Positions 1 to 19,991 are shown, counted from the stretch's first letter. The stretch: DNA of 64,000 nucleotides from Planctomycetota bacterium (GCA_031409275.1 JANNXA010000036.1:32001-96000); one strand, 5' to 3'. The notes: generated by a model not told the origin, from the sequence alone. Made by a program: numbers and translations.

Positions 1-160
1 CCGACTGGATCACGGTCCGGAACAATCCGGACGCGCGACGCGGGTTGAACGTCAACATCTCGAGCGCGCGGTTGGCGTTCAGCCCGCGCACAAGATCAGC
101 GATCGGACGCGCCTTGCGGGGCGTCACGTGCGCATACATATGACTTGCCTTGAATGGCAT
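1..160 (-). CDS. rplV: 50S ribosomal protein L22, 5' part (runs off window)
   Basis: Own translation from ATG at 160: MPFKASHMYAHVTPRKARPIADLVRGLNANRALEML; follows rpsS as in the S10 operon. Confidence 0.93.
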   Translation of the reverse strand, partial: MPFKASHMYAHVTPRKARPIADLVRGLNANRALEMLTFNPRRASGLFRTVIQS

Positions 161-204
161 GGTTCTGCCTCGTAAGTCCGGCGTTCAGCGAGACGCCGCG
201 CGAA

Positions 205-510
205 TCACTTCTTGCCACCAGCCGGAGCCGAAGCGGGCGCTTCGGCCTTCCTGCCCGCCGTGTGCCCACGGAAGGTGCGGGTCGGCGCGAACTCTCCGAG
301 CTTGTGACCCACCATGTCCTCGGTCACGAACACGCGAACGTGCTGTCGGCCGTTGTGCACGAGGAAAGTGTGCGTCACGAAATCGGGGATGATCGTCGAT
401 CGGCGCGACCAGGTCTTGATCGCCTCTTTCTTGCTGGCCTTCGCCATCTTGGCGACCTTGACCAGCAACTTCAGATCGACGAACGGCCCCTTCTTGATGC
501 TTCGTCCCAT
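205..510 (-). CDS. rpsS: 30S ribosomal protein S19
   Basis: [12 protein letters not shown]...TWSRRSTI...HNGR...[13 protein letters not shown]. Confidence 0.98.
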   Translation of the reverse strand: MGRSIKKGPFVDLKLLVKVAKMAKASKKEAIKTWSRRSTIIPDFVTHTFLVHNGRQHVRVFVTEDMVGHKLGEFAPTRTFRGHTAGRKAEAPASAPAGGKK

Positions 511-528
511 GTTCCGTCAGGCTCCGCC

Positions 529-1371
529 TCACACGGTCTCGATGCGCTTCTTGCGGCCGTGGATGATGAACCGGCTCGACGTCTTGCGCGGATGACGAGT
601 CTTGCCACCCTTGCTCGGCACGCCGGTCGGAGATCTCGGAATGTTGCCGCCCTTGCTGCGACCTTCGCCACCACCCATTGGATGCGCGACAGGGTTCATG
701 GCCACGCCGCGAACCTTTGACCGCAGCCCGAGCCAACGCTTGCGTCCAGCCTTTCCGAGCGACTGGTTCTGATGATCGATGTTGCCGACCTGGCCGATGG
801 TCGCCCGGCAGCGAGCATGGACCTTGCGGCGCTCACCCGAGGGGAGCACCAGCGTGGCGTATTCGCCTTCGCGGGCGAGGAGCTGCACCTGGCTGCCCGC
901 CGAACGACCGAGCTGCCCACCGCTTCCGGGGTGGAGCTCGACGTTGTGAACGAACAGACCAAGCGGAATGTTGCCGAGCGGCATGCTGTTGCCGACGACC
1001 GGCTCGACCTTCTCACCGGACTCGAGCGTCGCGCCGACCTGGAGGCCGAGCGGAGCGAGGATGTAGCGCTTCTCGCCGTCCTTGTAGTTCAGCAGCGCGA
1101 TGCGCGCGCTGCGACCCGGGTCGTATTCGACCTGGGCAACGATGGCCGGGACGCCATCCTTGTTGCGCTTGAAGTCGAGCTTGCGCAGGAAGCGCTTGTG
1201 GCCACCGCCGCGATGACGCGTGGTGACACGCCCGGTGTTGTTGCGACCACCCGTGCGGCGCATCGCCGTGAGCAGGCCCTTCACCACCGGCTTGCCGGTG
1301 ACTTCCGACATGTCGGGGAAGGTGCCGGCGCGACGACCCGGCGATGTTGGCTTGTAGTGTTTGACGGCCAT
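529..1371 (-). CDS. rplB: 50S ribosomal protein L2
   Basis: Start [52 protein letters not shown]. Confidence 0.98.
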   Translation of the reverse strand: MAVKHYKPTSPGRRAGTFPDMSEVTGKPVVKGLLTAMRRTGGRNNTGRVTTRHRGGGHKRFLRKLDFKRNKDGVPAIVAQVEYDPGRSARIALLNYKDGEKRYILAPLGLQVGATLESGEKVEPVVGNSMPLGNIPLGLFVHNVELHPGSGGQLGRSAGSQVQLLAREGEYATLVLPSGERRKVHARCRATIGQVGNIDHQNQSLGKAGRKRWLGLRSKVRGVAMNPVAHPMGGGEGRSKGGNIPRSPTGVPSKGGKTRHPRKTSSRFIIHGRKKRIETV

Positions 1372-1396
1372 CAGATCTCTCCGGCTCCCGTTCCGC

Positions 1397-1678
1397 TCAG
1401 ACGACTTCGATCTTGTCGCCGTCACGCAGCGTGACGATCGCACGCTTGAACGGGCGGGTCGTGATCGGGCGCCCGAAGGCGCGCCGCGGCTTGCCCTTGC
1501 GCACCATCGTGCGCACGGACGTCACCTTCACGCTGAACAGTTCCTCGACCGCGCTCTTCACCTGCAGACGGTTCGCGTCCGGATGGACCAGGAAGACGTA
1601 CTGCTTCAGCGCGTCCTGCTGGTACGCCGTCTTCTCGGTGACGAGCGGCTTCTTGATGATTTCACGAGCCTCGAGCAT
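1397..1678 (-). CDS. rplW: 50S ribosomal protein L23
   Basis: [16 protein letters not shown]...YVFLV...VEELFSVKV...KRAIVTL; lies between rplD and rplB. Confidence 0.96.
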   Translation of the reverse strand: MLEAREIIKKPLVTEKTAYQQDALKQYVFLVHPDANRLQVKSAVEELFSVKVTSVRTMVRKGKPRRAFGRPITTRPFKRAIVTLRDGDKIEVV

Positions 1679-1698
1679 GCGCAGTTTCCTTCTCGATC

Positions 1699-2358
1699 TC
1701 AGCCCGAGACCTTCGCCGCGAGACGCTGCGCCACCTCGGCGAACGATCCGCCGATGAAGACGAGGTGCTTGCGACGCAGGACGTGCAGCGCGTTGACCTC
1801 CGTCGCAGGGACGACCTCGCAACGCTTGAGGTTGCGGAAGCTGCGATAGAGCGCATCGACATCGCCGCTCACCACGATGGTGACGCCGCGATCCACGCCA
1901 AGGTCCTTGAGACACTTCGCCGCCGTCTTGGTCGACGGCTTCGCGAGATCCAGCTTCTCGATGAAAGCGACCTCACCGTCCACGAGCTTTCCGAAGAGCG
2001 CGGACCGGAGAGCTTCGCGCAGCGCCCGACGCGGGAGGTGCTGGCGATAGTCGCGGGGGATCGGGCCGAAGATCGTGCCGCCATGGCGCCACAGCGGCGA
2101 GTTCTTGTCGCCCGCGCGCGCGCGGCCGGTGTGCTTCTGCGGCCACGGCTTCGCTTCGGAGTAGGAGGTTTCCGCACGGCGCTTCGCCTTGTGCGTACCT
2201 TGGCGCGAGTTCGCCTGGTAGGCGATCACCGCCTGCTTCAGCAGCACCCGGCGACGTCCCTCGCCAAACAAAGCGAGGTCGATGGCGCGAGTGGCGACGG
2301 AGCTGCCCGTCAAGACCTTCGCCTGCGCCGTCTTCGGTGTCTCTTTGGTAGTTGCCAT
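1699..2358 (-). CDS. rplD: 50S ribosomal protein L4
   Basis: RQGTHKAK, KPWPQKHTGRARAG, SPLWRHGGTIFGP. Confidence 0.97.
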   Translation of the reverse strand: MATTKETPKTAQAKVLTGSSVATRAIDLALFGEGRRRVLLKQAVIAYQANSRQGTHKAKRRAETSYSEAKPWPQKHTGRARAGDKNSPLWRHGGTIFGPIPRDYRQHLPRRALREALRSALFGKLVDGEVAFIEKLDLAKPSTKTAAKCLKDLGVDRGVTIVVSGDVDALYRSFRNLKRCEVVPATEVNALHVLRRKHLVFIGGSFAEVAQRLAAKVSG

Positions 2359-2401
2359 TGCTATCGCCCTGTACTCGCAACCGTCACAGCACTCGCGACC
2401 G

Positions 2402-3067
2402 TCACGACGACTTCGAGAACTTGCGGACCGATCGCGCGATCTGCACGAAGACCACCCCGTCGTCAGTCCCCGGCACGGCGCCCTTGACCAGGAGCGTGTC
2501 CTGGTCCGGCTGCACCGCGACCACGCGCAGGTTCTTCACCGTGATCCGCTCGTTGCCCCATTGCGTCGCCATGCGCTTGCCGCGCAACACGCGCCCGGGC
2601 CACGTACGCATGCCGATCGAGCCGGGGCCGCGCACGTTCATGCTGCCGCGCGTGCTCGGCTTGTGGCCGAAGTTCCACGCGGTCATGACGCCGCAGAAGC
2701 CGCGGCCCTTCGCAGCGCCGATCACGTCGACGAGGTCGCCGGGCTGGAAGATGTCGCACTTGATCGAGTCGCCGACCTTCAGCTCAGACGCCGTGTCGAG
2801 ACGAATCTCGCGCAGCATCTTTTTCGCGCCGACCTTGCGCTTCTCGGCCTCGACACGCTGCGGCTTGTTCAGGCGCTGCGCCTTCTGATCGAGGAAACCG
2901 ACCTGAAGCGCGTCGTAGCCGTCACTCGCCTTCGTCTTCACCTGCGTGATGACGCACGGCCCGGCCTTCAGCACCGTCACCGGGACGACCTGCCCCTTCT
3001 CGTCGAAGAGCTGCGTCATCCCCTCTTTGCGGGCGAGGATCGCCTTGTATGCAACAGCTTCGGCCAC
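2402..3067 (-). CDS. rplC: 50S ribosomal protein L3
   Basis: [46 protein letters not shown] start. Confidence 0.97.
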   Translation of the reverse strand: MAEAVAYKAILARKEGMTQLFDEKGQVVPVTVLKAGPCVITQVKTKASDGYDALQVGFLDQKAQRLNKPQRVEAEKRKVGAKKMLREIRLDTASELKVGDSIKCDIFQPGDLVDVIGAAKGRGFCGVMTAWNFGHKPSTRGSMNVRGPGSIGMRTWPGRVLRGKRMATQWGNERITVKNLRVVAVQPDQDTLLVKGAVPGTDDGVVFVQIARSVRKFSKSS

Positions 3068-3116
3068 CGTCAGTCTCCTGCCACCAAGCTCGGCGTGAAC
3101 ACGCGTACCGTCCGAC

Positions 3117-3428
<312 letters not shown>

Positions 3429-3609
3429 GGTCTTCTCAGCGCTTCCTGGGATCACACGTCGTCTGCGGCGCGGTGCCGCCCCGCCACTTCGGCGCGGAAC
3501 AGGTTCAAGCACCCCCTCCGCCTCACGCCTTGTCCGACCTCAAGGGTCGGGTGGCCGGGGGTCGCGGGGTGCATGTTCTGTACTGCTACCGTCAAAAGCG
3601 GGCCGGGAG

Positions 3610-3641
3610 ATCCTAGGAGGGGTCGTTGACAAGTCAACGAC
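3610..3641 (-). promoter_or_regulatory. Putative sigma70-type promoter of the S10 operon, with a perfect inverted repeat over the -35
   Basis: Minus strand TTGACT (3637-3632), 16 nt, TAGGAT (3615-3610); GTCGTTGAC-AA-GTCAACGAC at 3622-3641. Confidence 0.55.
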
Positions 3642-3756
3642 ATTCTCCGCACCCGCCCGGGAGCGCGCCCGCTCCGCCGGTTCCGGCGGCCGGCGAGCCG
3701 AGGAGCGCGCGACACGCGCCCCGCTGGCGCCTCCCGCCCCGGCTGGCGCACCGCGG

Positions 3757-5808
3757 TCAGAACGTCAGGCGCCCGGCGACATCAGGGGGGACCGGCTGAT
3801 AGTCCGCCGGCTGCATCGAGAAGCTCGCCCGACCTTGCGACATGGAACGCAGCACCGTCGAGTAACCGAACGTTTCGGCCAAGGGGACGACGCCGCAGAT
3901 CTTTGCGAAGTCGTGCTGCGGATCGACCTGCTCGATGGTGCCGCGTCGGGCGTGCAGGTCGCCCGTCACCGCTTTCATGAACTCGGTCGGGGTCTGCACC
4001 TCGAAGGCCATGATCGGCTCGAGCAACACCGTCCCCGCCTTGCGCATCGCATCATGGAAGGCGTCGTCGGTCGCTTTGGCGAGCGCCGCCTCGGTCGTCT
4101 CGCCGTCGCGCGTCTCGCCGTCGAACACTTCGACGTGGACGCGCACGATCGGGTAGCCGAGGTCGAGTCCCGACGTCACCGCCGCCTTCGCCGCCTGCTC
4201 GATCGCGAGCCAGTACTGGCGATGAACCCGCTCGTTGGGGATCGCCATCTTCACGGTCGGCTGGATCTCGACGCGCGGCTCGACGCGAAGGCGGATGCGG
4301 CCGAACTGCGGCTTGCCGGCAAAGACATGGCGGAACGTCGCGTCCCCCTCCATGGCCTGAGCGGCGGTCTGGCGGTACGCGACACGCGGCTTGCCGATCC
4401 GGATCGGCACCTTGTAGTCGCGCCCGATGCGGTTCGACACGATCTCGAGATGGAGCTCCCCCATCCCCGAGACGATCGCCTGCCCGGTCTCTTCATCGAT
4501 CCGGAACCGGAACGTCGGATCGTCGCGCGCCACGAACTCCAGCGCTTCGTTCAGCGCATCGCGGTCGGCCGCCGTCTTCGGCTCGATCGACTGAGAGATG
4601 ACGGTGTCGGGGAACAACATGCCCTCGAGGTGCACCGCTCGCGCTTTCGGGCAGAAGGTGTCGCCGGTCTTGGTGAAGCGCAGGCCGATCGCCCCCACGA
4701 TCTCGCCCGGCCCCGCCTCTTCGAGCGCCTCGCGCTCGTCCGCGTGCATCCGGTAGAGCCGTCCGACGCGTTCCGCCTTCTGCTCGCGGGCGTTGTAGAT
4801 CGACTGGTTGCTCTTCAAGACCCCGCTGTAGATGCGCAGGAACGTCAGATCGCCGTGGTTGTCATGGATCGTCTTGAATGCGAGGGCAAGCAGATCCTCG
4901 TCCGCCTTCGGGGCGAAGCTCTCCGTGCCCTTGCCATCGACGCGCGCCACATCGAGCGGCCCGGCGTCGAGCGGCGACGGCAGGTAGTCGAGCACCGCAT
5001 CGAGCACCGGTTGGACGCCGCGGTTGCGCAGCGCCGCGCCGAAGAAGACCGGAACGAGTCGGCGCGCGAGCACGGCGCGACGCAGCGCCGCCTTCAGCTC
5101 TTCAACGCCGATCGGCTTGCCTTCGAGGAAGTGCAGCGAGAGCTGATCGTCGACGTTGGCGAGCTGCTCGATCAGGTCCGCGCGCGCGAGCTCGGCGTCG
5201 TCCTTCATCGCCGGCGGGATCGGTTGTTCCACGAACGAGTCGCCGAGTTCATCCGTCCAGATCAGCGCCACTTCCCGCACCAGGTCGACCACGCCGTGGA
5301 AGTCGCGCTCGCGGCCGATCGGCAGCTGGGCCGCGACCGCGTTGACGCCGAGGCGGCTGCGAATCGACCGGACGACGCGATCGGGATCGGCGCCGGTCCG
5401 GTCGAGCTTGTTGACGAAAACGATGCGCGGGACGTGATGGCGATCCGCCTGGCGCCAGACCGTCTCCGACTGCGCCTGCACGCCGGCCACGCCGCAGAAC
5501 ACGCCGATCGCACCGTCGAGCACGGACAGCGACCGTTCCACTTCGGCGGTGAAGTCGACATGGCCAGGGGTGTCGATGAGGTTGATCTGGTGCGCCTTCC
5601 AGGTGCAGCTGGTGGCAGCCGAAGTGATCGTGATGCCGCGTTCCTGCTCCTCTTCGAGGTAGTCCATCTTCGTGGTCCCCTCGTCGACCGTGCCCATGCG
5701 GTGCTCCTTTTTCGTGTAGTAAAGGATGCGTTCGCTGAGCGTGGTCTTGCCCGCGTCGATGTGCGCGACGATGCCGATGTTGCGGACGGTATGGAGGTCG
5801 ACGGGCAT
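3757..5808 (-). CDS. fusA: Elongation factor G, divergent domain IV (EF-G2-like paralogue)
   Basis: [39 protein letters not shown]; directly downstream of rpsG. Confidence 0.93.
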   Translation of the reverse strand: MPVDLHTVRNIGIVAHIDAGKTTLSERILYYTKKEHRMGTVDEGTTKMDYLEEEQERGITITSAATSCTWKAHQINLIDTPGHVDFTAEVERSLSVLDGAIGVFCGVAGVQAQSETVWRQADRHHVPRIVFVNKLDRTGADPDRVVRSIRSRLGVNAVAAQLPIGRERDFHGVVDLVREVALIWTDELGDSFVEQPIPPAMKDDAELARADLIEQLANVDDQLSLHFLEGKPIGVEELKAALRRAVLARRLVPVFFGAALRNRGVQPVLDAVLDYLPSPLDAGPLDVARVDGKGTESFAPKADEDLLALAFKTIHDNHGDLTFLRIYSGVLKSNQSIYNAREQKAERVGRLYRMHADEREALEEAGPGEIVGAIGLRFTKTGDTFCPKARAVHLEGMLFPDTVISQSIEPKTAADRDALNEALEFVARDDPTFRFRIDEETGQAIVSGMGELHLEIVSNRIGRDYKVPIRIGKPRVAYRQTAAQAMEGDATFRHVFAGKPQFGRIRLRVEPRVEIQPTVKMAIPNERVHRQYWLAIEQAAKAAVTSGLDLGYPIVRVHVEVFDGETRDGETTEAALAKATDDAFHDAMRKAGTVLLEPIMAFEVQTPTEFMKAVTGDLHARRGTIEQVDPQHDFAKICGVVPLAETFGYSTVLRSMSQGRASFSMQPADYQPVPPDVAGRLTF

Positions 5809-5906
5809 GAGGTCTCAACTCGGGACCGATGAGGAAACGCGCAGGCGGGTCGGCAAAACGCGACGGATCATATCCCGCGGCGGAATCGCGCTTCGAAGGC
5901 GGGCCG

Positions 5907-5938
5907 AAACGAACACGGCCCGCGCGAGGCGGGCCGTG
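5907..5938 (-). terminator. Putative intrinsic terminator between rpsG and fusA
   Basis: 10-bp stem CACGGCCCGC/GCGGGCCGTG (5914-5938), 5-nt loop, followed on the minus strand by TTCGTTT. Confidence 0.55.
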
Positions 5939-6033
5939 CATCGATTGATCTTTCTGTCGTCGAACCTGCCCGCGAGCCCGTCAGAGCGCCGTCGCAGAGA
6001 AGCGGCGGCGGTGACGACTCAGCGAGCCGTCGA

Positions 6034-6507
6034 TCACCAGGCGAAGTGCGCGAACGCCTCGTTGGCCTCCGCCATCTTGTGGGTGTTCTCGCGCTTGGTG
6101 TAGGCCGAGCCCTGCTTGTTGAAGGCGTCGAACAACTCCTCCGCGAGGCGCTTCGCCATCGGCTTGCCCTTCTTGCCGCGTGCGCCTTCGAGGATCCAGC
6201 GAATCGCCAGGCTCTGCTGGCGGCTCCGCTTCACCTCGTGCGGGACCTGGAGCGTCGCGCCGCCGACACGCCGAGAACGGACCTCGACCATCGGCTTCAC
6301 GTTGCTGATGGCGTCGGAGAAGACGTCGATCGGCTCCTTCTCCGGGATCTTCTTCTTCAGGAGATCCATTGCGTCGTAGACGACGGCCTGGGCCGTCGCC
6401 TTCTTGCCGTCGTACATGACGCAGTTGATGAAACGCGAAATCAGCTTGCTGCTGTAGCGCGGATCAGGACGCAGGAACTTCTCGGTGGACTCGTACTTCC
6501 TTGGCAT
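6034..6507 (-). CDS. rpsG: 30S ribosomal protein S7
   Basis: PDPRY, MYDGKK, EVRSRRVGGA, HKMAEANEAFAHF. Confidence 0.98.
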   Translation of the reverse strand: MPRKYESTEKFLRPDPRYSSKLISRFINCVMYDGKKATAQAVVYDAMDLLKKKIPEKEPIDVFSDAISNVKPMVEVRSRRVGGATLQVPHEVKRSRQQSLAIRWILEGARGKKGKPMAKRLAEELFDAFNKQGSAYTKRENTHKMAEANEAFAHFAW

Positions 6508-6518
6508 GGGTTGTCAGC

Positions 6519-6893
6519 TCAAGTCTTGGGGCGCTTGGCGCCGTAAAGCGAACGACCCTGCTTGCGATCCGATACGCCGGCCGAGTCGAGGGTTCCGCGA
6601 ACGATGTGGTAACGAACGCCGGGGAGGTCAGGGACGCGGCCACCACGCACGAGCACGATCGAGTGCTCCTGGAGGTTGTGGCCGACGCCGCCGATGTAGG
6701 CGGTGACTTCCTTGCCGGTCGACAACTTCACGCGGGCGATCTTGCGCAAAGCCGAGTTCGGCTTCTTCGGAGTCATCGTGCGCACGACGGTGCACACGCC
6801 GCGCTTCTGCGCGCACGCCTCGAGAGCGGGAGACCGCACGCGCTTGGGGCGGCGTACACGGCCATGGCGAACCAGTTGGTTGATCGTCGGCAT
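6519..6893 (-). CDS. rpsL: 30S ribosomal protein S12
   Basis: [36 protein letters not shown]. Confidence 0.98.
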   Translation of the reverse strand: MPTINQLVRHGRVRRPKRVRSPALEACAQKRGVCTVVRTMTPKKPNSALRKIARVKLSTGKEVTAYIGGVGHNLQEHSIVLVRGGRVPDLPGVRYHIVRGTLDSAGVSDRKQGRSLYGAKRPKT

Positions 6894-6989
6894 TGCTACC
6901 TCGGGGCCCATACCGGGCCCGCCTTGGATTGACCCTTGAAGGGCCGTTGATTCAAGCGACTCGTCGGACCGTTTCAATCCATCGCACGC

Positions 6990-11102
<4,113 letters not shown>

Positions 11103-11209
11103 CGAATCGCACCTTTCGGCATCGGGCCGGTCGCCGCCGACCAGCCCATCGGGTTCCCAGGATCCGCCGCGCGCGCGCAGGGCGGCTGCGCTCGCGAAGC
11201 GAATCCGGG

Positions 11210-14887
<3,678 letters not shown>

Positions 14888-14940
14888 GCGGCTCCTCTTA
14901 GCTCATCACGAGAAAACGAAAACTCGCACCAAGCAGGCTC

Positions 14941-14970
14941 GCCCGGCCCACGCGCACGCGGGGGCCGGGC
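14941..14970 (-). terminator. GC-rich hairpin between rplL and rpoB (possible attenuator)
   Basis: GCCCGGCCC...GGGCCGGGC stem; the U-tract is not adjacent, so function is uncertain. Confidence 0.3.
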
Positions 14971-14995
14971 GTTCGAAGGATGCGAGTGACTTGCG

Positions 14996-15412
14996 TCACT
15001 TGATCTCGACGGTGGCGCCGTTCTCGGTGAGCTTCTTCTTGATGTCGTCGGCCTCTTCCTTGGTGCAGCCGGTCTTGACCGCCTTCGGAGCGGCCTCGAC
15101 GACGTCCTTGGCTTCCTTCAGCCCAAGGCCGGTGATCTCGCGGACCACCTTGATCACCTGGATCTTCTTCTCGCCGGCGCTGACGAGCATGACGTCGAAG
15201 GCCGTCTTGGCCTCCGGCTTCGCCTCGCCCGCAGCCGCGGCGCCCGGAGCTGCCATCGCGACAGCAGCGGCCGCCTGAACGTCGAAGACGTTCTCGAAGT
15301 CCTTCTTGAACTGCGCGAGTTCGAGGACCGTCATCTTGGAAATCGCCACAAGCACTTGCTTGGACGAACCGTCCGCCAGCCCATTCAGTCGGTCCATGAT
15401 CGCCTGGGACAT
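14996..15412 (-). CDS. rplL: 50S ribosomal protein L7/L12
   Basis: MTVLEL, Ala-rich hinge, [32 protein letters not shown] upstream of the ATG at 15412. Confidence 0.97.
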   Translation of the reverse strand: MSQAIMDRLNGLADGSSKQVLVAISKMTVLELAQFKKDFENVFDVQAAAAVAMAAPGAAAAGEAKPEAKTAFDVMLVSAGEKKIQVIKVVREITGLGLKEAKDVVEAAPKAVKTGCTKEEADDIKKKLTENGATVEIK

Positions 15413-15553
15413 CGCATCCTCCGTGAATCGTTCTGAGCGCTCGAAAGCGCGCATCGGTTGTCGTTCATCACGAGCCGCTCCATCGCGACTCGCGCTCGCG
15501 CCTGGCGCAGTTGCCGACGAGCGGCCCCCGCGTCATGCGCACCGCCGCGTCCG

Positions 15554-16084
15554 TTACGCGGCCGGCTTCTCCTGCTTCTTCGCCAGGGCGTCGGCCAACG
15601 CGGCCGGCGACGAGAGGAGACTCTGCGTGAGACCGAGCACCCCGGTGAGCGGTGCAATGACGGTCGCAAGGATCTGGGCGAGCAAGGTGCGACGGTCCGG
15701 AATGTCCCGGAACTTGTCGACCTGGGCCGGGGTGAGGATCTGCTTTTCGAACAGACCTCCACGCACGGCGAGCTTGCCCGACTTCTTCGCGAACTCGGCG
15801 ACCAGACGAGCCACCGAGGGCAGCCCTTCGCCGCCATAGATCAGCGCCGTCGGACCCGCGAGGACGCCGCGAAGCGCATCGGCCTGAACCGCATCCTTGA
15901 GCGCGATGCAGGCCAACGAAGTCTTGACCACCAGGACGTTCAGGCCCTTCGCGCGCCCGAGCTTTCGCAAGTCGGTGAACTGCGCGACGGTGAGCCCTGA
16001 TGCATCGACCGCGACGAAGTCCGGGTTATCGCCGAGGCGTCGCTTGTACTCGTTGACGACGGCGGTGTTGATTCGGTTGGCCAT
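15554..16084 (-). CDS. rplJ: 50S ribosomal protein L10
   Basis: GLTVAQFTDLRK, VVKTSL, LAGPTA; lies between rplA and rplL. Confidence 0.93.
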   Translation of the reverse strand: MANRINTAVVNEYKRRLGDNPDFVAVDASGLTVAQFTDLRKLGRAKGLNVLVVKTSLACIALKDAVQADALRGVLAGPTALIYGGEGLPSVARLVAEFAKKSGKLAVRGGLFEKQILTPAQVDKFRDIPDRRTLLAQILATVIAPLTGVLGLTQSLLSSPAALADALAKKQEKPAA

Positions 16085-16087
16085 GGC

Positions 16088-16771
16088 TCAGACACCCTCC
16101 ACGAAGAGGCCCGGCCCCATGCTCGTGGACAAGGCGACGCTCTGGATGTAGACGCCCTTCGAAGCCGTCGGCTTCTGAGCGCGGATGAAGGTGAGGATCG
16201 CCTCGACGTTCTCCACGATCTTCTGCGTGGTGAACGAGCGCTTCGCCACCGGAGCGTGCACGATGCCGTGCGCGTCGGCGCGAAGCTGGACCTTGCCGGC
16301 CTTGAACTCGCGCACCGCGTTCGCGACGTCAGCGGTGACCGTCCCGTTCTTCGGCGACGGCATCTTGCCTTGCGGACCGAGCACTTTGCCGAGTCGACCG
16401 ACGATGCCCATCATGTCGGGCGCGGCGACGACGACGTCGAACTCGAACCACCCATCGGTGATGCGCTTGGCGAGTTCTTCGCCGCCCACCTCGAGGGCGC
16501 CCGCAGCTTTCGCCATCTCGATCCGATCGCCCTTGGCGAAGCAGACGACCCGCAGCGTCTTGCCGACGCCGTGCGGGAGCGAGATCGCGCCGCGAACGAT
16601 CTGATCCGACTTCTTCGTGTCGATCCCAAGACGCACGGCGATGTCGACGGTCTCGTCGAACTTCGGTGGCTTGGTTCGCTTCAGGAGATCGACGGCTTCG
16701 GGGAGCGGCGCACTGCGCCGACCGCCGAGGGCCTTGTCGTTCTCCTGGTAGCGCTTGGAACGCTTTCGCAT
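16088..16771 (-). CDS. rplA: 50S ribosomal protein L1
   Basis: KFDETVD, RGAISLPHGVGK, LGPQGKMPSPKNGTV, STSMGPG. Confidence 0.98.
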   Translation of the reverse strand: MRKRSKRYQENDKALGGRRSAPLPEAVDLLKRTKPPKFDETVDIAVRLGIDTKKSDQIVRGAISLPHGVGKTLRVVCFAKGDRIEMAKAAGALEVGGEELAKRITDGWFEFDVVVAAPDMMGIVGRLGKVLGPQGKMPSPKNGTVTADVANAVREFKAGKVQLRADAHGIVHAPVAKRSFTTQKIVENVEAILTFIRAQKPTASKGVYIQSVALSTSMGPGLFVEGV

Positions 16772-16828
16772 GTTTGCTCGCTACCTGACTTCTGCCAGAT
16801 TCCGTCGAAACGGAAGCCGGCGATCGGC

Positions 16829-17260
16829 TCAACCTTCGACCTTGATCCCCATCGATCGAGCCGTCCCCTCGACGACCCGCATCGCCGCTTCGATCGAGTT
16901 CGCACGAAGGTCGGGCAATTTGACCTTCGCGATCTCTTCGACCTGCTTGCGGTTGACGGTCCCGACCGTCTCCTTGCCCGTGATTCCAGAGCCCTTCGCG
17001 ATGTTCGCCGCCTTCCTCAGAAGAACCGAGGCGGGCGGCGTCTTCAGCACGAGGCTGAAGCTCTTGTCTTTGTAGATCGTGAGCTCAACCGGGATGACGG
17101 TTCCCTGCTGCGGCCGGGTCGCGTCGTTGTACTGCTTGACGAACGCGCCGATGTTGATGCCGTGAGGACCGAGCGCCGTACCAACCGGCGGCGCCGGCGT
17201 CGCTTGCCCTGCGGGCAACGCGAGCTTCACGACGATGAGGACTTCCTTGGCTGCAGCCAC
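16829..17260 (-). CDS. rplK: 50S ribosomal protein L11
   Basis: [28 protein letters not shown] start after AAGGAG. Confidence 0.97.
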   Translation of the reverse strand: MAAAKEVLIVVKLALPAGQATPAPPVGTALGPHGINIGAFVKQYNDATRPQQGTVIPVELTIYKDKSFSLVLKTPPASVLLRKAANIAKGSGITGKETVGTVNRKQVEEIAKVKLPDLRANSIEAAMRVVEGTARSMGIKVEG

Positions 17261-17447
17261 AGCGATCTCCTTCTGCGAGGCAGCCGTTTCGCCACCGCTC
17301 GCCGCGCTTCGCGCCTTCAAGGCCGCGAAGCGACGCATCAGTTCCGTCTAGTTTGCGACCGTCTTCCCTGCGAACGTCCGAAGAGACTTCCGTCGACCGA
17401 TCCGCCGCGAGCGCGACCTGGGATCGAGGGAGGCTCGGACCTGAAGC

Positions 17448-18017
17448 TCAGACCGGCTCCACCTGCCAGTACTCGAGTTCGACCGGCGTCTCGCGGCCGA
17501 AGATCATCACGTTCACGCGCACGAGCCCCTTCTGAGGATGAACCTCAGCGACGACGCCGCTGAAGTTCTCGAACGGGCCTTCCTTGATCTTGACCTTGTC
17601 ACCGATGCCGAACTGCATGTCGAGCTTCGGCTTCTCTTCCGCGGTCTTGAGCCCACCAACGAGCTTCTCGACCTCATGCGGCTCCATCGGCATCGGGAGG
17701 TTTTCCGACCCGACGAAGTCGCCGATGCCGCTGGTTCCGCGCACGAGATACCACGTCTCTTCGTCGAGGAACATCTCGACCAAGATGTATCCCGGAAAGA
17801 TCTTTCGCTGACTCTCGCGACGCTTGCCCGCCTTGATCTCGGTGATCTTCTCGGTGGGAACAAGCGCGTTGCGCACGCGCTCGGCCTTCCCGGCCGCCTT
17901 CACGCGCGCCAGCAGGTTGTCGCGTACGCGCTCTTCGCGATTGGACGCGACGCGCACGACGTACCAGCGGAACTCCTTCGGAGCTCCCGCGGTTGGGCTG
18001 GCGGCTTCACCGGCCAT
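17448..18017 (-). CDS. nusG: Transcription termination/antitermination factor NusG
   Basis: WYVVRV, FPGYILVEM, KOW EGPFENFSG, IFGRETPVEL. Confidence 0.98.
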   Translation of the reverse strand: MAGEAASPTAGAPKEFRWYVVRVASNREERVRDNLLARVKAAGKAERVRNALVPTEKITEIKAGKRRESQRKIFPGYILVEMFLDEETWYLVRGTSGIGDFVGSENLPMPMEPHEVEKLVGGLKTAEEKPKLDMQFGIGDKVKIKEGPFENFSGVVAEVHPQKGLVRVNVMIFGRETPVELEYWQVEPV

Positions 18018-18450
18018 CGCTGCCGCCTCCGTAGATCCAGCCGAAGAAGACCTTCTCCAGTCCGAGGTCGGCCAGGGTAAGGAAGACGACCATGATCACG
18101 ACGCATGCGATCACGACGAGCGACGCCTTGCGCGCTTCGTCGAACGAAGGCCAAGTGACCTTCTTCATCTCGAGCTCGGTGTCGATCAGCAGGTTGGCGA
18201 ACTTCGGCGAGTTGAGCAGCCGAAGGATCGCCCACGCGGCGACACCGAACATCGCGAGCGAGATGAGGAAACCAGGAGTGAGCGGGAAGCCAAGGACCGG
18301 AAGATCGGTGCCGAGGAGATCCTTCTCAGAGAAGTCCCAACGCTGCGACCAGAGGAAGTAGCGGCGAGCAGCGAGGAACGCGAAACCAGCGAGAGTCCAA
18401 AACGCGACTCCGCGGGCGACGACACCCTCTCCTGGTTTGTATTTGAACAT
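18007..18450 (-). CDS. secE: Preprotein translocase SecE (three-TM form)
   Basis: EMKKVTWPS motif plus hydrophobic segments; overlaps the nusG start. Confidence 0.93.
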   Translation of the reverse strand: MFKYKPGEGVVARGVAFWTLAGFAFLAARRYFLWSQRWDFSEKDLLGTDLPVLGFPLTPGFLISLAMFGVAAWAILRLLNSPKFANLLIDTELEMKKVTWPSFDEARKASLVVIACVVIMVVFLTLADLGLEKVFFGWIYGGGSDGR

Positions 18451-18530
18451 CGCTCCCCTCTCGGTCCTGGCGAGCCACCCAAAACGTCGGGCGGCTCTCC
18501 CGAAAGCGTTGGCGGATCAGATCGAAGCGC

Positions 18531-18671
18531 CTACTTGCGCTTCTCTTTGTGCGCGCGGTGACCGCGGCAGTATTTGCAGTACTTCTTCAGATCGAGCTTG
18601 TTCGGATCCTTCGGGGTGCGGTAATTCCGATTCCCGCACTCCGTGCACTCGAGGAACATCCACTCACGCAT
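18531..18671 (-). CDS. rpmG: 50S ribosomal protein L33, Zn-binding (two CxxC) type; not in the ORF track
   Basis: Own translation: [46 protein letters not shown]. Confidence 0.95.
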   Translation of the reverse strand: MREWMFLECTECGNRNYRTPKDPNKLDLKKYCKYCRGHRAHKEKRK

Positions 18672-18791
18672 CGGTCAATCCGCCACTGTTGTTCGAAACC
18701 GCTGCAGGTTTCGACGTTGCCTGGTTCCAGACGCCGCCGCGAACAACGGCGCTCGGCCGCGCGCGAGCGCAGCCGGGCGCCGCAAAGCGGC

Positions 18792-19991
<1,200 letters not shown>

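Noticed and set aside
2115..2150. L4 loop QKHTGRAR instead of QKGTGRAR as a resistance mutation
   Set aside because: This variant occurs naturally in other bacteria as I recall (for example Thermus), so it is not informative.
6925..6981. 8-bp inverted repeat TGGATTGA/TCAATCCA between rpoC and rpsL
   Set aside because: Long spacer, no U-tract and no recognisable RNA family; cannot be supported.
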